A program made the position numbers and the translations under genes. Below are positions 63,141 to 63,829 of a stretch of 63,829 nt of DNA, piece by piece (position 1 is the first letter of the stretch; each line of letters opens with the position of its first letter). Where the stretch lies: positions 1 to 63,829 of the forward strand of contig JBDHVB010000002.1 in assembly GCA_039809465.1 (NCBI GenBank), in the 5' to 3' direction. Below the pieces are notes generated by a model, which worked only from the letters and a program-made list of their open reading frames with translations, made no database searches and was not told the DNA's origin. This stretch comes from Myxococcota bacterium (GTDB lineage Bacteria > Myxococcota > XYA12-FULL-58-9 > JALHOP01).

Positions 63141-63829
63141 GTGCACCAACTGAGAAAACTCGTCCTGCTTCTGACGCTCCCAGCCTGCTTCGACTTCACG
63201 GCCGAGCCGTTCGGCGAAAAAGGGCTGCACTGCGACATCGGCAGCAAGTGCGACCCGGGGCTGGTCTGCGACGCCAACGACTACTGCGTAGACCGCTGCG
63301 ATGAAGTCCGCTGTGGCGACCACGGCGGATGCAAACACAATCCGGACGGCAGCGCATTCTGCAGCTGCGATTCGGGCTACGTCTCCACAGCAGAGCCCAA
63401 GTGCGTCCCAGTGGGCAGCAAAGACGCGCCGTGCGGCCCAAGCGCGATCTGTGATCTAGGGCTCACCTGTAGCGGCGACATCTGCGTCGACGCGTGCGCG
63501 CAGCTCAACTGCGGCGAGCACGGCGCTTGCGCGCTGCAAGACAACGTCGCGCGGTGCAATTGCGACAGCGGTTACAAGGAGGTGCAAGGGACTTGCATGG
63601 ACAATTGTACTGACGTGTCGTGCTCGGGACACGGTGCGTGCATGCTCAGCGGCGGGGAGCCCACGTGCGACTGCGAAAGCGGATACGAAGCGAGTGGCCT
63701 GAACTGCGTGGTGCCTTCGTGCGTCCCGACCTCACACGCTGCGCAACACTGCGATAGCGGAAGCCTCTACTGGTACGACAGCTGTGGGGCACGAGAGGGA
63801 GTAGCGGCTTCGTGCGGGACTCGGGGCTG
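63141..63829 (+). CDS. Lipoprotein with tandem EGF-like Cys-rich domains, N-terminal part (runs off the right edge)
   Basis: Own translation; it is not in the track because it has no stop. GTG 63141 is preceded by GGAG: VHQLRKLVLLLTLPAC.... Repeated units are RCDEVRCGDHGGCKHNPDGSAFCSCDSGY, ACAQLNCGEHGACALQDNVARCNCDSGYKE and NCTDVSCSGHGACMLSGGEPTCDCESGYEA. The minus-strand ORFs here are shadows. Confidence 0.8.
   Translation, partial: MHQLRKLVLLLTLPACFDFTAEPFGEKGLHCDIGSKCDPGLVCDANDYCVDRCDEVRCGDHGGCKHNPDGSAFCSCDSGYVSTAEPKCVPVGSKDAPCGPSAICDLGLTCSGDICVDACAQLNCGEHGACALQDNVARCNCDSGYKEVQGTCMDNCTDVSCSGHGACMLSGGEPTCDCESGYEASGLNCVVPSCVPTSHAAQHCDSGSLYWYDSCGAREGVAASCGTRG

Overview
High-GC bacterial chromosomal segment. 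No database search was possible, so all calls rest on reading the six-frame translations and the DNA. My own coordinates may be off by 1-2 nt, and several start codons are uncertain.

The window has Myxococcota hallmarks:
- a MYXO-CTERM-type C-terminal sorting tail
- Myxococcus-type Cys-rich repeats
- three tandem bactofilin genes
- many signal-peptide/lipobox proteins
- a Ser/Thr kinase coupled to a histidine kinase

I support about 48 protein genes and one tRNA-Leu(GAG).

Housekeeping blocks:
- mreB-mreC-mreD-mrdA-rodA
- lptE-like plus holA
- aceB-aceA
- polA
- secG
- ALDH-pgk-tpiA
- cysE-cysK
- pyrE and trxA

These are interleaved with lineage-specific genes.

Most interesting observations:
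1. A roughly 13.4-kb five-gene operon (46949-60344). It sits behind an AT-rich structured leader and a near-consensus sigma-54 (-24/-12) promoter. It encodes only secreted or lipoprotein products built from modules reminiscent of eukaryotic extracellular matrix: thrombospondin type-3 Ca-binding repeats, two paralogous VWA proteins, PPC domains, Cys-rich repeats and NHL beta-propellers. This is my best candidate for an undescribed surface or matrix system.
2. A dispersed 24-nt repeat family (consensus AAGAATGCACCGGGTGGTTTCTGG) with at least 24 copies at 8 loci. It includes a perfect 40-bp tandem array, and inverted doublets flank the window's only HUH/Y1 (RAYT/IS200-like) transposase gene, giving a REPtron-like layout. 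One copy lies in-frame inside a coding sequence.
3. A 1493-aa LysM / Pro-rich / annexin-like / Gly-zipper protein.
4. A translationally coupled GAF-histidine kinase, Ser/Thr kinase, Smr and Cys-cluster operon.
5. An orphan large-protein plus small-protein pair next to the RAYT gene.
6. An edge-truncated PKS-like KS plus carrier-like domain that carries Thr where the phosphopantetheinyl Ser is expected.

Many long ORFs in the track are antisense or alternate-frame shadows typical of high-GC DNA, and I rejected them.
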